From an uncultured Solirubrobacterales bacterium (GTDB taxonomy: Bacteria > Actinomycetota > Thermoleophilia > Solirubrobacterales > 70-9), in assembly GCA_963828755.1 (NCBI GenBank), contig CAWHFY010000017.1, positions 27,524-91,523 on the forward strand: a DNA stretch of 64,000 bases. The letters run 5' to 3'. Position 1 is the first letter of the stretch. Each line of letters opens with the position of its first letter. Made by a program: the position numbers and the translations under genes. The notes beneath the pieces are model-generated. The model did no database searches. It had not been told where the DNA came from and saw nothing but the letters and a program-made list of their open reading frames with translations. This document shows, piece after piece, positions 19,519 through 29,060 of the stretch.

Positions 19519-19815
19519 CTACCAGCGCTCGAGGATGCCGGCTGGCCCGTCGTCGCCGACCGACCGCAACAGGACCGCGACCCTCGAGCGCGAGACATTG
19601 GGAGAGGCCCCGGTCAGATCAGCGAATGCGTCGATCAGATCGGCGCCGAGCTCGAGCCCGACCTGGGGATGCCTCGCAAGCCAGAAGCCAATCCAGCGGA
19701 CCAGGGCGCGTTCGTAACGACTGTCTCGCTCGTCGCCCATCATCAGGGCGGCGCGCGAGGCTGAGAACCGCTTGCCTAAGCGGTTTCTAGAGGAGATATA
19801 CGGCTGTGAAGACAA
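19519..19815 (-). CDS. hypothetical protein (start more likely the internal Met near 19743)
   Basis: 98-aa ORF with no recognisable family. Its 5' end would overlap the ctaE stop. Confidence 0.3.
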   Translation of the reverse strand: MSSQPYISSRNRLGKRFSASRAALMMGDERDSRYERALVRWIGFWLARHPQVGLELGADLIDAFADLTGASPNVSRSRVAVLLRSVGDDGPAGILERW

Positions 19816-20425
19816 TCAGCCACATCACGTCGACGAAGTGCCAGTAGATGCCCGGCACCTCCACCCCGAGGTGGTCCTTGGCCTCGGGGCCGAAGTGACC
19901 GCGCCAGGCGCGGATGTTGGCGAACGAGAGCAGCACCAGCCCGACGAAGACGTGGGCTCCGTGAAGGCCGGTGAGGCCGTAGAAGATCGAGCCGAAGGCG
20001 CCGTCGCGGGCGCTGAAGCCGACGTGGATGTACTCGTTGATCTGGATGAAGAGGAAGGTCGCGCCGAGGAGCCAGGTGAGCGCCAGCCCCATCTTCATGC
20101 CGTTGCGGTTACCCCGGCGCACCGACTCGAGCGCCCAGTGGACCGTGAAGCTGGACGAGACCAGGATCGCCGTGTTGACCGCGGCGACCGAGACCGGGAG
20201 GTCGAAGCCCTCCGGCGGCCACGGGCCCTCGTTGGAGACGACGCGGAGGAAGAAGTACGAGGCGAAGAACGCCCCGAACAGCATGATCTCCGAGATGATG
20301 AAGAGCAGGATGCCGAGCGTCTGGCGGTCGATCCGCGAGCTCTGATGGGCCTCGGGCGGACCGTGGTGCTCGTGCTCGTGGGCGCCGGAGGAGGAGCCCG
20401 GAACCGGAATCGAAGCGGATTCCAT
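19787..20425 (-). CDS. ctaE: cytochrome c oxidase subunit III
   Basis: MESASIP..LGILLFIISEIMLFGAFFASYF..HVFVGL..WHFVDVMWL. The ATG at 20425 overlaps the upstream stop (TGATG). The ORF track extends to 20551. Confidence 0.85.
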   Translation of the reverse strand: MESASIPVPGSSSGAHEHEHHGPPEAHQSSRIDRQTLGILLFIISEIMLFGAFFASYFFLRVVSNEGPWPPEGFDLPVSVAAVNTAILVSSSFTVHWALESVRRGNRNGMKMGLALTWLLGATFLFIQINEYIHVGFSARDGAFGSIFYGLTGLHGAHVFVGLVLLSFANIRAWRGHFGPEAKDHLGVEVPGIYWHFVDVMWLIVFTAVYLL

Positions 20426-21348
20426 CAGGCCGGAACCTCCGTGGAGTCGTTGCTCGTTGCTCGTTGTTCGGCCGCCCCACGGGCCTCGTAGTGCTCGACC
20501 GGGAGGTCGGTGACCTCCTTGACGCGGTCGATCAGGCCCTCCTCGACCCACTTCGACTGCTGGCCGGCCAGGGTCGAGATCAGGATCTCGTCGATCCGGT
20601 AGTGGTCGATCGCGTTGGTGATCGCCGCGAACGGCTCCGGGCTCATCGGCTGGCCCGTAGCGTCGATGTCATCGCGGTAGAGCTCGGCGAGGGTCGCCGC
20701 GAGCCGCTCGCACACCTGCTCGCGGCTGAGATCGCCCGAGCGCGGGCAGATCACCGTGTAGCGGTGCGGCTTCTCGGCGGCGCGCTCCTTGAGGCGCGCG
20801 ACCAGGTCGGGGCTGTTGATCGTCTGCGTGCCGACCACCAGGGTGTGGACGACGTCCCAGCGCACCGCGTCGTCGTCGACGCGGACCGGGATGTGGGTGA
20901 CCGGGACCTCGATGTTGGCTTTCGCCCACTCGACAAGGTCCTTGCGCGTGAGCCCAAAGCGGGTCTCGTAGAGGGCGGAGAGCAGCACCTCGTCGGGCTG
21001 GAAGGCGCGGACGGCATCATCGAGGGCGAGCGAGGGCAGCGGATCCATGACCGCGCCCACAGCCTCGATCCCGAACGCCTCGAGCACCCGCTGCGTCACC
21101 TCGACCCGGCTCTGGGCGGCGTCGCGGATCTCGTCACGATCGACGATCTGGCCGACGGTCGGCAGGTTCTGCGGCGCCGCGACGGCGACGTGATCGGCGC
21201 CCGCCTCGACCCGGTCGCGGACGGCCTGGAGCAGCTTGCGCCCGCCGGCGACCTCGTTCACGAACGCGAGCACGGTGCCGCCATCGGACCAGTCGACCGA
21301 GCTGGTCGGGTCGTCGACGGGATAGTCGGCGTGTTCGGCGTCGGTCAC
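20425..21348 (-). CDS. tandem USP-like (Rossmann-like alpha/beta) two-domain protein, function unknown
   Basis: Two ~140-aa internal repeats. They end DEVLLSALYETRFGL..VEWAKANIEVPVTHIPV and DEILISTLAGQQSKWVEEGLIDRVKEVTDLPVEHYE. Start and stop overlap ctaD and ctaE. Confidence 0.6.
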   Translation of the reverse strand: MTDAEHADYPVDDPTSSVDWSDGGTVLAFVNEVAGGRKLLQAVRDRVEAGADHVAVAAPQNLPTVGQIVDRDEIRDAAQSRVEVTQRVLEAFGIEAVGAVMDPLPSLALDDAVRAFQPDEVLLSALYETRFGLTRKDLVEWAKANIEVPVTHIPVRVDDDAVRWDVVHTLVVGTQTINSPDLVARLKERAAEKPHRYTVICPRSGDLSREQVCERLAATLAELYRDDIDATGQPMSPEPFAAITNAIDHYRIDEILISTLAGQQSKWVEEGLIDRVKEVTDLPVEHYEARGAAEQRATSNDSTEVPA

Positions 21349-23279
21349 GGACTACTCCCTGCGGTCTCGGTCCCGGCACCTGCCCCGACCGTCGCCGGCT
21401 CGTGCTCGCGCACTTCGGCCTCGGACGGGCCCATGATCGCGTGGCGCGCGCCCGGGACGCCGAACTCGTACGGGCCGCCGACCACGCGCGGGATCTCGTC
21501 GAAGTTGAAGACTGGCGGCGGCGAGGAGACCTGCCACTCGATCGTCTTCGCCCGCCACGGGTTCGCGGTCGCCTTCGGCCCCCACTTCCAGCTCACGGCC
21601 ATGTTGTAGAGGAAGATCAGCTGCGCGATCCCGAGCACGAACGAGGAGATCGAGATCACGAGGTTCCAATCGCCGAACTGGGCGGCGTAGTCGGCCACTC
21701 GGCGCGGCATGCCCTCCATCCCGATCCAGTGCATCGGGATGAACGTGCCGAGCATCCCGATCAGGGTGAGGTAGAAGTGCGCGCGCCCGAGCCGCTCGTC
21801 GTACATGCGCCCAGTCATCTTCGGGAACCAGTGATAGATCCCGGAGAAGATCGTGAACACCGAGCCGCCGAACAGCACGAAGTGGATGTGGGCGACGATG
21901 AAGTAGGTGTCGGAGACGTGGATGTCGATCGGCACCATGCCGAGCATCACCCCGGAGATCCCGCCGATCACGAACGTGACGATGAACCCGAGGCTGAACA
22001 GCATCGCGGTCGATTTGAGGTGGATCTTTCCGTCGAAGAGGGTCGCCAGCCAGGAGAAGATCTTGATCCCGGTCGGGACCGCGATCAGCAGCGTGGTGAT
22101 CATCATCGGCACGCGCAGCCAGCTGAACATCCCGCTGACGAACATGTGGTGTGCCCACACGGTGTAGGACAGGACGACGATCCCAAGCAGCGCCAGCGCC
22201 ATCAACCGGTAGCCGAAGATCGGTTTGCGGGCGTGGGTGGAGATCACCTCGGAGACGATCCCGAACCCGGGCAACATCATGATGTAGACGGCCGGGTGCG
22301 AGTAGAACCAGAAGATGTGCTGGTAGCTGAGCACGTCGCCGCCGAACGTCTCCTGGAAGAAGTTGGTGTTCAGGGCGCGGTCGAAGAGGACCATGAACTG
22401 GACGCCGGCGATGAACGGCGTCGCCGCCACCACGAGCAGCGAGGTCGAGAGGTTCGCCCAGACCAGCAGCGGCATGCGCCAGAAGGTCATTCCGGGCGCA
22501 CGCATGGTGATGATCGTGACCAGGAAGTTGAGTGCGGTCGCGATCGATGAGGCGCCTGCGAACTGCACTCCGAGGTTGAAGAACGACTGCCCGAGCGGGG
22601 CCCCGGTGGAGAGCGGCGCGTAGCCCGTCCAGCCGGCGTCGAAGGCGCCGCCGGGGACGAGGAAGCTGGCCAGGAACAGGAGTCCGGCCATCGGCAGCAT
22701 CCAGAAGGAGAGGGCGTTGAGCCGCGGGAACGCCATGTCCGGCGCGCCGATCATCAGCGGCAGCACGTAGTTGGCAATCCCGGCGAAGATCGGGATCACG
22801 AAGACGAAGATCATCAGCGCCGCGTGGGTCGAGAAAAGGCCGTTGTAGAGACCCGGGTCGACGATCTGCGTGCCCGGCTGGGCAAGCTCGGCGCGGATCA
22901 GCATCGCGACGAGGCCACCGCAGAGGAAGAAGAAGAAGGTGGTGACGATGTACTGGATCCCGATCACCTTGTGATCGGTGTTGAACTTGAAGTAGTCGCG
23001 CCACGACTTGGCCCCGTGCTGGGAGTGGTCGTCGGGCACGGTCGGGGCGCCGATCGCCCAGCGGAACCAGTAGTCGAAGGCCCCGAGCCCGATCAGGAAG
23101 CCCAGTGGGCCGGTGATCGCCGGAACGATCAGGTGCGGGTAGCCGGTCTGTTCGGTCTGGAAGATCTCAAGCCCGGAGATCGCGCGCAGCGCAACGACGA
23201 GCCCGAAACCGAAGCCGGCGCCGATGATGAACCCGAGGCCCGCCCGGATCAGACCTGGTGACTTCACTGCCGCTGCCAA
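21345..23279 (-). CDS. ctaD: cytochrome c oxidase subunit I (A2-type)
   Basis: All ligands present: STHAALMIF, FWFYSHPAVYIMMLPGFG, WAHHMFVSG, DTYFIVAHIHFVLFGG. VPTGIKIFSW carries the K-channel Lys. Confidence 0.95.
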   Translation of the reverse strand: MAAAVKSPGLIRAGLGFIIGAGFGFGLVVALRAISGLEIFQTEQTGYPHLIVPAITGPLGFLIGLGAFDYWFRWAIGAPTVPDDHSQHGAKSWRDYFKFNTDHKVIGIQYIVTTFFFFLCGGLVAMLIRAELAQPGTQIVDPGLYNGLFSTHAALMIFVFVIPIFAGIANYVLPLMIGAPDMAFPRLNALSFWMLPMAGLLFLASFLVPGGAFDAGWTGYAPLSTGAPLGQSFFNLGVQFAGASSIATALNFLVTIITMRAPGMTFWRMPLLVWANLSTSLLVVAATPFIAGVQFMVLFDRALNTNFFQETFGGDVLSYQHIFWFYSHPAVYIMMLPGFGIVSEVISTHARKPIFGYRLMALALLGIVVLSYTVWAHHMFVSGMFSWLRVPMMITTLLIAVPTGIKIFSWLATLFDGKIHLKSTAMLFSLGFIVTFVIGGISGVMLGMVPIDIHVSDTYFIVAHIHFVLFGGSVFTIFSGIYHWFPKMTGRMYDERLGRAHFYLTLIGMLGTFIPMHWIGMEGMPRRVADYAAQFGDWNLVISISSFVLGIAQLIFLYNMAVSWKWGPKATANPWRAKTIEWQVSSPPPVFNFDEIPRVVGGPYEFGVPGARHAIMGPSEAEVREHEPATVGAGAGTETAGSSP

Positions 23280-23297
23280 CGCCTTACCTCCTCAAGC

Positions 23298-24101
23298 CTA
23301 TGTCCCGCCGGACGATGCCGCGGACCCGCCGCCCGCGGTCGCCGACTGCGCTTTCGCCTGCTCGGCGAGCCAGGCCTCGAACTCCTGTTGTGACTCGACC
23401 ACCACGGGGGCCCGCATGGTCGCGTGGCCGGTGCCGCAGAGCTCCGTGCAGACGAGGCTGAAGCTGCCCTCTTGGTCCGGGGTGACGACGAACTGGTTGT
23501 CGATCCCCTCCGCCTCCGGGTCCTCGGCCGGGACCGCGTCGCGCTTGATCCCCCACTCGGGCACCCAGAAGGAGTGGAGGACGTCGAGCGCCGTCATCGT
23601 CACTTCGAGCTGGCGGTCGACCGGGACGTGGAGCTCGCTGGTCGTCACCGGGGTCGCGTTATCGCCCGTGCCTACCATTTGCTCGGGGTATTCGAAGGTC
23701 CACTTGAACTGCTGGCCGGTCACCGTGACCGGCATCGCATCCGGCTCCTTGGCCTCGATGTCGTCGAGCACGACCCAGCTGTAGCCGGCGCCGAACAGGA
23801 CGATGATCGTCGGGATCACGGTCCAGGCGATCTCGAGCTTGGTGTTGCCGTGGATCGGCTTCCCGTCGCCTTCGTCGCCCGGCTTGACGCGGAACTTCCA
23901 GATCGCGTAGCCGAACATCACGCACACGATCGAGAAGACGAACGACGAGAGCACGACCATGACGTTGAAGAGCGTGTCGATCGGGCCACGCTGCTCGGAG
24001 GCTGCGTCGCCGAACCAGTTGAACTGGAGCAGGATCACGGACATCACTGCCCCGATCACGATCATCGCGGCGACAAGCCGCACATAGGTCACCCGGGTCA
24101 C
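23298..24101 (-). CDS. ctaC: cytochrome c oxidase subunit II with intact CuA site
   Basis: 2 TM helices plus a cupredoxin domain. DVLHSFWVPEWG and CTELCGTGHATM. Confidence 0.95.
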   Translation of the reverse strand: MTRVTYVRLVAAMIVIGAVMSVILLQFNWFGDAASEQRGPIDTLFNVMVVLSSFVFSIVCVMFGYAIWKFRVKPGDEGDGKPIHGNTKLEIAWTVIPTIIVLFGAGYSWVVLDDIEAKEPDAMPVTVTGQQFKWTFEYPEQMVGTGDNATPVTTSELHVPVDRQLEVTMTALDVLHSFWVPEWGIKRDAVPAEDPEAEGIDNQFVVTPDQEGSFSLVCTELCGTGHATMRAPVVVESQQEFEAWLAEQAKAQSATAGGGSAASSGGT

Positions 24102-24168
24102 TGCGCGCCGATTCTATTGATCGGGGAGGCTGGGCTGTACGCACGTTCTCGAGCTAGTCGCATGCGTC

Positions 24169-25674
24169 TCAATCCCCCACCGGCCGCGGCAGCCGGTCGA
24201 GGCGCCCGGCGGCGGCATCGAGGACGCCGTCGGCCACTCCCGCCCAGCTCCAGAGACGGTCGACGGTGGCCCTGAGCGCGGCACCGACCGTCTCGCGCTC
24301 GCCTGGTTCGAGCATCAGCCAGGCGTCGATCCGGGCCGCGATCGCCGTGACGGCGTCCTCGTCGAGGTCGAATGAGACGAGGCCGGAGATCCGCTCGGGA
24401 AGGTCCGCGGCGAGAGCCGAGCTGACCTCGGCGGCGCCCGAGTGTGCGGCCGACACCGGCAGCGCGCCGGCCGCCGCCGCCTCCGCGGCGACCATCCCGA
24501 ACGCCTCGGGGAAGGTGCTTGGGAAGACGAGGGCCTCAGAGCAGGCCACCGGGGTCGCGACCTCGCCGTGCTCGAGGCGGCCGGCGAAGTGGACGCTGCC
24601 GGCTGCCGCGCGCGCGAGCTCGGCGTAGTCGGCCGGCGCGCGGTCGAGGAAGGCCGAGAGGAAGCGGAGGCGCTCCGCCTCGCCCCCCTCGAGCCCTCGC
24701 CCGGCGGCGGCGAGCTCGCGCAGCGGCCCGAGGTCGCCGGCGGCGAGCCCGGCCTCGACCTCGCGGAGCGTGCGCTCGGCAGCGCCGAAGCCGACCACGA
24801 GCAGCCGAGCGTCCGGGTGCCGGGCGTGGACCAGCGGCCAGGCCGCGAGCAGCAGGTCGATCCCCTTCGACACGATCAGCTTGCCGACGAAGATGACGCG
24901 GGGGCCCCGGGCCTCGGCGTACCAGTCGATCGCTTCCGCCGCTGCCTGAGCATCTCGGTCCCACGATGAGCCCGCCTCGGGACTCGGCGCGGGTTCGGGC
25001 GCCGTCGCGCGGAGCGCTTGGGCGAGCGATTCGAGGGCGACCGGGCGCTCGGATCGGGGGATCGGGGAGAAGGTGTCGACGTCCACCCCGGGTGGGCCGA
25101 GCCGGACCTTCGCGTTGGTCTCCGGGTCGTCGACCGCGAGCCGCAGGCGGGCGGCGATGTGAGAGGACCCGACCAGGATCCCGGCGGCGCCGGCGACCGC
25201 CTCCTCCGCGAAGGGGTGGAAGCGGTCGAGCTCGGGCAGCACCGTGTAGGAGAGGTCGGAGCCGTGGACCTTGAGCGCGTAGCGGAGCCCGGCGCGGGCG
25301 AGGATCACCGGGCCCATCACCAGATGGTTGGCGAGCGCCGCGTCGACGCCGCCGAGCGACTCGACCACCCCGGTAACTGCGGTCAGATTGGCGTCGAGGT
25401 AGCGATCGAGTTCGGCGTCGCTGAGCTCGGCGAAGGTCTTCACCTCGAAACCCTCGTAGCGATCGCGCACATAGACCGGTAAGAGGCCGCCGATCTCGGG
25501 GTTGTGGACCGTCACTGAGCCGGGCGCGCCGGCGCCGAGGTCGGGTGGCTCGCGGTCCTGACAGATCAGGTGGACCTCGTGGCCGGCAAGCGCGAGCGCG
25601 CGAGCGAGGCTGGCGTTGTAGACGTTCGAGCCGGTCCCGCGCAGCAGGTAGCCGTGGAAGATCAGAACCTTCAC
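24169..25674 (-). CDS. glycosyltransferase family 4 (GT-B) protein
   Basis: MKVLIFHGYLLRGTGSNVYNASLARALALAGHEV.., C-terminal ..FPSTFPEAFGMVAAEAAAAGALPV.. Confidence 0.8.
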   Translation of the reverse strand: MKVLIFHGYLLRGTGSNVYNASLARALALAGHEVHLICQDREPPDLGAGAPGSVTVHNPEIGGLLPVYVRDRYEGFEVKTFAELSDAELDRYLDANLTAVTGVVESLGGVDAALANHLVMGPVILARAGLRYALKVHGSDLSYTVLPELDRFHPFAEEAVAGAAGILVGSSHIAARLRLAVDDPETNAKVRLGPPGVDVDTFSPIPRSERPVALESLAQALRATAPEPAPSPEAGSSWDRDAQAAAEAIDWYAEARGPRVIFVGKLIVSKGIDLLLAAWPLVHARHPDARLLVVGFGAAERTLREVEAGLAAGDLGPLRELAAAGRGLEGGEAERLRFLSAFLDRAPADYAELARAAAGSVHFAGRLEHGEVATPVACSEALVFPSTFPEAFGMVAAEAAAAGALPVSAAHSGAAEVSSALAADLPERISGLVSFDLDEDAVTAIAARIDAWLMLEPGERETVGAALRATVDRLWSWAGVADGVLDAAAGRLDRLPRPVGD

Positions 25675-25727
25675 CGCGCCAGCCTACGCAGCGCGACGGC
25701 GGGGCCAGCGGATACATTTCACGACCG

Positions 25728-25997
25728 ATGCAGAACCCACGCCAGATCTACCGCCTGCGCGCGCGCGCCTCCGGCCGCGAGGCGCTCGCCCCGGCCGAGC
25801 CGGGCGGCGTCTACCTCGACCGCGAGACCGGCGAGGAGATGGAGCCGGTGACCAAGGTGCTACCGCTGGCCCCTTCGGACTCGGCGCTGCTGCGGACCCC
25901 GGCCAACCTGCGAGCGTGCCGGCGCTGCGATCAGCTGATCGGCGTCGACGTCAGCGACTGCCCGTACTGCGGACTGCGCCAGCCTCCGCTCGCGTGA
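25728..25997 (+). CDS. small zinc-ribbon protein, function unknown
   Basis: MQNPRQIYRL..CRRCDQ..CPYCG (paired CxxC). Internal Met of ORF 25545..25997. Confidence 0.5.
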   Translation: MQNPRQIYRLRARASGREALAPAEPGGVYLDRETGEEMEPVTKVLPLAPSDSALLRTPANLRACRRCDQLIGVDVSDCPYCGLRQPPLA

Positions 25998-26344
25998 GCG
26001 ACCGCCGCGCGCTCACCGCGTTCGCGACCCTGGCCGCCGCCGCGGCCCTGACCGCGTGCGGCGGCTCCGACGGCGAGCAGCCCTCGACGATCACGGTCAC
26101 GGCGCCGACGAGCTCGACGACCTCCTCGTCCACCTCGACCACGACCTCGTCGTCGACGACCACGAGCTCGACCAGCCCGTCGACGACCACCACGACCTCG
26201 ACCCAATCGACCACCACGACGACCGGGCCGCCGGTCGGTGAGAACTCGAGCGCGGGCGGTGGCAACGACAGCGGCGGGGTCTCACCGGACGGTTCGTCGA
26301 GCTTCGACGAGTTCTGCACCGAGAACCCGGACGCCTGCGAGTAG
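25994..26344 (+). CDS. Ser/Thr-rich lipoprotein
   Basis: GTG overlapping the previous stop (GTGA). Lipobox LTAC. Long S/T tract, C-terminal CTENPDAC. Confidence 0.55.
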   Translation: MSDRRALTAFATLAAAAALTACGGSDGEQPSTITVTAPTSSTTSSSTSTTTSSSTTTSSTSPSTTTTTSTQSTTTTTGPPVGENSSAGGGNDSGGVSPDGSSSFDEFCTENPDACE

Positions 26345-26440
26345 GCCGGCTACGCGCCCCCGGACCGGCCGACGGGTCGAAACCGTTGCCCTGTCTGGCG
26401 AAATCAACCCGTCGGCATCGGTGGCGACCGATACGCGGGC

Positions 26441-27190
26441 TCAGCGCGGGACGTAGTAGCCCCAGTAAAGGAGCCGGGCGCCCTTGTAGTCGCAGCCGTA
26501 CTGCCGGCTCGACCCGACCTTCTGCTGCGGCTTGCCGTTCTTGATCTGATTCGGGTCCGTGGCGCCGCACTGGCCGGCATCCCGGCTCGAGCGCCACAGG
26601 TTGCTGTCGCTGCTCAGGCCGACCGCGAACGACGGCGCCCAGGTCGGGATCGTCAGCGCGAGGAACTCGCCCTTGCGGATCTTCAGCGGGTCGGTGAGGG
26701 TGAAGGTCTGGCGGGTGCCGAGGACCGAGTTCAGGCCGACCACGGGGCTTTGCGACTTGAGCTTGTAGTTGCGCTCGTCCTTGCGCTTGATCACCGAGAT
26801 CCGCGCGGTCGGCGCCATCCCGAACTGATTCGACTCATAGAAGTCGCCGAAGAAGTTCGCCTCGGACTTCTTCGGCTTCGAGAGATCGACCGCCCAGGCG
26901 ACCAGGGTGCCGTCCTCGCGCGCCTTGAACGGCGCTCGGACGCCGTCGGCGACCATCTGGAAGCCGGTGACGCTGCCCACCGCCTCGCAGGAGTCGTTCG
27001 GCCCGTTTTTCGGACAGGAAGGCGCCGGCGTGCGCTTCGTCTTGCCGAGCGTCTTCGCCGGCTTGGCCGCTGCGATCGAGGCGCCGAAGCAGAGCAGGCC
27101 GACGGCCGCGACCAGCGCGGCAAGCGTGAACGCCCTCGCCGGGCGCGAATCTGTGTTCATGCGGGTCATCTCGTAGGCAAACACGGGCAA
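26441..27190 (-). CDS. secreted hypothetical protein
   Basis: 249-aa ORF with a signal peptide (LAALVAAVGLLCFGASIAAA). No recognised domain. Confidence 0.6.
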   Translation of the reverse strand: MPVFAYEMTRMNTDSRPARAFTLAALVAAVGLLCFGASIAAAKPAKTLGKTKRTPAPSCPKNGPNDSCEAVGSVTGFQMVADGVRAPFKAREDGTLVAWAVDLSKPKKSEANFFGDFYESNQFGMAPTARISVIKRKDERNYKLKSQSPVVGLNSVLGTRQTFTLTDPLKIRKGEFLALTIPTWAPSFAVGLSSDSNLWRSSRDAGQCGATDPNQIKNGKPQQKVGSSRQYGCDYKGARLLYWGYYVPR

Positions 27191-27263
27191 ACGATGCGGG
27201 TTTCGGTCCTCCAGCGGCCCCGTAGCTTAGGCCGCTTCGCCCCCGCCGGTAGATTGCCCACGC

Positions 27264-28229
27264 GTGCCTGCAATCGAGGTAACAGGGCTCGAGCGCGAGT
27301 TCTCGGGGGGGATCAAGGCCGTCGCAGGCGTTGACCTCGAGGTCGCCGACGGCGAGATCTACGCGTTTCTCGGCCCAAACGGAGCCGGCAAGACGACCAC
27401 GGTGCGAATGCTGACCACGCTCTTGCGCCCGACCGGCGGCCGCGCGACCGTGGCCGGCCACGACGTCGTCGACGATCCGGCGGCCGTCCGGCGCTCGATC
27501 GGGGTCGCGCTGCAGGAGGCGGCGCTCGACCCGCTGATGACCGGGCGCGAGCTGATCCGCCTGCAGGCGACCCTGCACGGGCTGATCGGCGCCGAGGCCG
27601 AGCGCGACTGCGACGCGCTGCTCGAGCGGGTCGGGCTGACCAAGGCGGCCGACCGTCGCGTCGGGACCTACTCGGGCGGCATGCGGCGGCGCCTCGACCT
27701 CGCGTCGGCGCTCGTCCACGGCCCGCAGGTCCTGTTCCTGGACGAGCCGACCACCGGCCTCGACCCGGTCAGCCGCAAGGCGATCTGGGAGGAGGTAGCG
27801 CGGCTCAACGACGAGGGCACGACCGTCTTTCTCACCACCCAGTACCTCGAGGAGGCCGATCAGCTCGCCGACCGGGTCGGGATCATCAGCGGCGGGCGCA
27901 TCGTCGCCGAGGGCACCCCGTCGTCGCTGAAGGCCGAGGTCGGCAAGTCGCACCTCGAGCTCGGGATCCTCGACGGCGGCGGCGAGCGCGCGAACGAGGT
28001 GTGCGCGGCGTTCGGCAGGCTGCTGCCGGAGCGCGACGGCAAGCTCCTCGTCGAGCTCGACGGCGGCGCCAACGACGTCGCCAAGGTCGTGCGCGCGCTC
28101 GACGACGCCGGGGTCATGTTCGACTCGCTCGAGCTGGTCGAGCCCACCCTCGACGACGTCTTCGTCGCCAAGACGGGCGAGCACATCGAGGGCGAAGACA
28201 CGCCGTCCGCGGCTGCGGACGAGCGATGA
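27264..28229 (+). CDS. ABC transporter ATP-binding protein (DrrA/ABC-2 type)
   Basis: Walker A GPNGAGKTT, signature YSGGMRRRL, Walker B LFLDEPTTGLD. Confidence 0.9.
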   Translation: MPAIEVTGLEREFSGGIKAVAGVDLEVADGEIYAFLGPNGAGKTTTVRMLTTLLRPTGGRATVAGHDVVDDPAAVRRSIGVALQEAALDPLMTGRELIRLQATLHGLIGAEAERDCDALLERVGLTKAADRRVGTYSGGMRRRLDLASALVHGPQVLFLDEPTTGLDPVSRKAIWEEVARLNDEGTTVFLTTQYLEEADQLADRVGIISGGRIVAEGTPSSLKAEVGKSHLELGILDGGGERANEVCAAFGRLLPERDGKLLVELDGGANDVAKVVRALDDAGVMFDSLELVEPTLDDVFVAKTGEHIEGEDTPSAAADER

Positions 28230-29008
28230 GGTTCGCCTACAACGCCCGCGTGGTCGGCGCCCTCGGGCTGCGCTCGGTCAAGCAGACGTTTCGCCGTCCC
28301 CAGCTCGTCTCGCCAATCGTCATCTTCCCCACGCTGCTGCTCGCGATCCAGACGGGCGGCGCCGGCCGCGCGGTCGACCTCCCGGGATTCCCCGAGGTCG
28401 ACAACTTCCTGAGCTTCATGCTCGCCGGCGCGATGCTGCAGTCGACGCTGCTCGCCGGCAACTCGGGCGGGATCGCGCTCGCCGTCGACCTCGAGATGGG
28501 GTTCACCGACCGCCTGCTGGCCGCGCCGATCTCGCGCTTCGCGATCGTCCTCGGCCGACTCGCGGGGACCTTCGTGCTCGGCGCGGTGAGCGCGCTGTGG
28601 TTCATCGCGATCGGGCTGATCTTCGGTGCCTCGTTCGCGCTCGGCGTCCCGGGGATGCTGCTGATGATCCTGTTCACCTCGCTCGCGGCGGTCGCCTTCG
28701 GCGGGCTGAGCGCGGCGATCGCGCTCTACACGGGCCAGGCGTCGGTGGTGCAGGGGCTGTTCCCGCTGATCTTCGTGATCCTCTTTCTCTCGAGCGCCTT
28801 CTTCCCGGTCAACCTGCTGCTCGAGCCCGCGGCCTCGATCGCGGAGTACAACCCGCTCTCGTTCATCGTCGAGGGGATCCGCGAGCCCGTGATCGGGGCG
28901 CTCAGCGTGGAGACCGTGCTCAAGGCGTTCGGCGCGCTCGCGCTCGTCGGCGGGATCTCGTTCGTGCTCAGCGCCATCGCCCTGCGACGCCGGCTGCGGG
29001 TGGGCTAG
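28226..29008 (+). CDS. ABC-2 type transporter permease
   Basis: ATGA overlap with the ATPase gene. About 6 TM helices. Begins MRFAYNARVVGALGLRSVKQTFRRPQL.. Confidence 0.8.
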   Translation: MRFAYNARVVGALGLRSVKQTFRRPQLVSPIVIFPTLLLAIQTGGAGRAVDLPGFPEVDNFLSFMLAGAMLQSTLLAGNSGGIALAVDLEMGFTDRLLAAPISRFAIVLGRLAGTFVLGAVSALWFIAIGLIFGASFALGVPGMLLMILFTSLAAVAFGGLSAAIALYTGQASVVQGLFPLIFVILFLSSAFFPVNLLLEPAASIAEYNPLSFIVEGIREPVIGALSVETVLKAFGALALVGGISFVLSAIALRRRLRVG

Positions 29009-29060
29009 CGATGCAAAGCGAGGCAGAGCAGAGCCGCGCCGTTGTTGAGGCGTCTGGCTG

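Noticed and set aside
26090-26230. acgacc/tcgacc-rich tracts, also seen at 63230-63310.
   Set aside because: These are Ser/Thr-rich linker regions of lipoproteins, that is, coding low complexity rather than non-coding repeats.
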